Shown here one piece after another: positions 61,377-64,000 of a stretch of 64,000 nucleotides of DNA. This stretch comes from Antedon mediterranea (lineage: Eukaryota; Animalia; Echinodermata). Each line of letters starts with the position of its first letter. Within the stretch, counting starts at the first letter, position 1. The DNA is taken from the NCBI RefSeq assembly GCF_964355755.1, contig NC_092671.1, positions 40,062,304 to 40,126,303 of the forward strand. Reading direction: 5' to 3'. The notes under the pieces were generated by a model. That model saw only the letters and a list, made by a program, of their open reading frames with translations. It searched no databases and was not told the origin of the DNA. The translations under genes and the position numbers were made by a program.

Positions 61377-62263
61377 GGCCTTTTCACACAGAACTTCGGC
61401 AATATTGCGGTAAGCAAGCCGGCGTTATTGCCGGTCTAAACCCATTCACACAGAAGGTAATATTACGGTAATTTTACCGTCTTCTGTGTGAAAGGCCACA
61501 GTGGAAAGGCGCAATATTTAAAGATTACTGTCTTCATAAAATAGAGGTCGCACTTTTTGAGGAGAAAAAAAATGGCGGGCACCTGCCGCCGGCGACAACA
61601 TGCCATGCGCGTACTTGTTTGCTGATGTTGTTTTGTGTGTCCGTCGTTTAGTTTTTTTATTTACGATGCATAAAATTTATATTTTTGCCCAACGCCACTC
61701 CGTGCTAATAACTGCCCGATCGTGATGGCCATTCTACAGAAACAAAATCTATTAGGCCTACACGCGAATTTAATTATCAGAAGCTGTTATGAGCTAGCAC
61801 CGGGAGCGCGCACCGGAGGATGTTCCTGCTAGAACTATGCTAACTAGGGCCTAGGCTTACGTACGCTACAGCAAGTTAAATAATCTTTGGACCAACATCT
61901 GTTATATTTTTATTATTATTGGCCGTATTCTTCCATTGTATTATTTACAAACTAACCTAAAAATATATATATATATAATGGATATAATCTAATAATTTGG
62001 CCTAAAGTAATTGCCACAGTCTTTCTCAATCAAGGAAAATGTCCCGAATTTATCCTTGCTTCACTGCGTAAGCAGGCGTTATATCGTGGACTCTTCACAC
62101 AGATCAGGCTTACGACCGTGACGGTAATATTACCGCAATTTTACTAGGTCCAGAGGCGGTCTAACGGAAGCCGGCATTAAGGGGTTTTTACCCTTTCACA
62201 CATAAGCCGGCATTCGCGAATTACCGCAATATTACCGTCTTACAGCTCTGTGTGAAAGGGGCT
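61377..62263. mobile_element. Non-autonomous PIF/Harbinger-like DNA transposon
   Basis: GGCCTTTTCACACAGA ... TCTGTGTGAAAGGGGCT with internal TTCACACAGA and GGTAATATTAC subrepeats; the TSD is imperfect (TTA/TTT). Confidence 0.75.
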
Positions 62264-63438
62264 TTTGGTTCCTAACCTTAGTTCTTAAGATAATGAGTTT
62301 AAACTTCACAAGCAATATTTTCACTAGGAATGTCGTCCGATTTTTGTTTAGAATTTTAAGCGGATGATTTATTTCAATAGAAAGGTGTAATTAAGTCTAA
62401 AGAGAAAATAGAAGTATTACTTCCCTATCATGACAACAATTATTATGGTAAAGTGAATGTTTTGTTTGAACAGGAGAATTTTGTTAAATGAACTGTATTT
62501 TGAACCATGTGTAAACAGTTCAGCTTCAGTTGTTAAAGTGTTAATAAACAAAACAAAATCTAGTACTTTATACTCTATATAACCTAGCAATAGACCATGA
62601 ATAGACTATTCAGCCAAACACATTGATTGAATACCCATCTAAATTTATTGTAAAATGATCTATGTGTTTGTTGACCTGTGGTCTAGACAAGGCAACTAAG
62701 AGGAAAGAAAAATAGACCTACTATAATTGTCTATTTTTCTTTCAACAAAAATAACCTACAATTTTAAATTGAATCCAATCAAAAAATTCAGTAGGAACAT
62801 TCAGCCTGAAATAATTAGCAACCAATTACTTAAGAACAAACTTATGTACCATGCACCATGTTGATTGACTTGTAGTAGTTATAAGGTATGTCAGACCATA
62901 ATTAAGTAATGTACTTTTTTTTCAATATTTTCATAATGATGCATATATACTGTACAAACAATTAGTGGTAGACTTTAAGACTTTTATAACATTGTTTGCT
63001 CCATAAATGTTTATTGCTTTATGAGTGTTCCAATAAAGATATCAACACATTCCATGTTGGTATTTGATTCCAAAATGCCATTATAAATTATTATGTGACT
63101 TATGTCTCGTTTTAATAATTCAGTTGTGATTATCAGATATTTAATTTTTTTTATATTAATGTATATTTAAAAAAAAATTTAATGAACTTATAAATTAAAT
63201 AGATCCATGTAAATATCTACATCAAGGGGACAGTAACGGGCATTGTGTCTCTCTAATCAGTAAATTATACTACTGTACCTTTATTGTAGTATCGAAATGA
63301 CGAAGATAATAGTAGATCAGTACATTTCTTGACATGAGCAATGAGTTTTGGTGTGGTAGAGTAGTTTTCAACAGACATGACCCAGGCCATGAGATTTAAA
63401 AGCGGGTTATTATTTTATTCAAATCACAGTCAGACAGA

Positions 63439-63574
63439 AGCTCTGTTTACACTATCAAACTAGTTTGACAAAAAAAGTGTGATATGCCTAAATATGGTAG
63501 TGATATGTCCATACAGTATATGGGCACATCACATTTTTTTGTCGCATAAAGTTTGATAGTGTAGACAGAGAGCT
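63439..63574. mobile_element. MITE family A copy
   Basis: TIRs and core. Confidence 0.85.
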
Positions 63575-64000
63575 TTAGTTGTGGTAGAGTTGTTTTCCAG
63601 GCCCCTGATTATTTTTAGAATTATTTTGGTTAGCCTATTCTGTTATTCAAATGTAAGTTACGTGTTATACATTAGGTTACTGCTTCCGCTCATTGTCTTA
63701 AAAACGCAAATTCAACGACGTGTCTAATTCGCAAGTCCCATGTTGACGACAATTAATCATGTTGGTTTACATTTTCTAAATACACTCATTTTAATATATG
63801 GTAATTCTTTCAACCAAATTATCCCATTTTAAATGGATATTTTATCTGTACGGTTAGTGTGAACATGAATGTTAAGAATATGAACATTTTGCGAGAGTTT
63901 GTTTGCCATCTTGTAAGACGAGTCGCAGTCATTAGTACAGTCCTGTTTATTTTTTATTTATATGTAATTTTACTTTCTATGGACCAGAGATTCCGAAATA

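Overview
Eukaryotic, AT-rich, intron-rich genomic DNA from an invertebrate animal; the SINE and repeat content suggests a marine deuterostome such as an echinoderm (inference). It contains seven host protein-coding genes. SND1/Tudor-SN (-, 3' end outside the window) lies head-to-head with a TMEM216-family gene (+). An intronless 587-aa orphan ORF (-) follows. INCENP (-) lies head-to-head with COPB1 (+). An R-Ras/RRAS2-like GTPase (-) is convergent with COPB1 and divergent from GSKIP (+). I reconstructed exon structures by hand from GT-AG boundaries and reading frame. Introns and spacers hold an intact CR1/L2-group LINE with a 2A-like StopGo motif, about 15 copies of one palindromic MITE, nested non-autonomous DNA transposons, Helentron-type elements, SINE or tRNA-derived pieces and several minisatellites. 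Most notable: the 2A-bearing LINE, a U12-type intron after a 17-nt microexon in TMEM216, a DNA transposon carrying two divergent tRNA-like Pol III units inserted into a Helentron hairpin, and a 34-copy STAT/GATA-motif array inside SND1. No CRISPR or prokaryotic systems are present. No database searches were run; identifications rest on recalled motifs.
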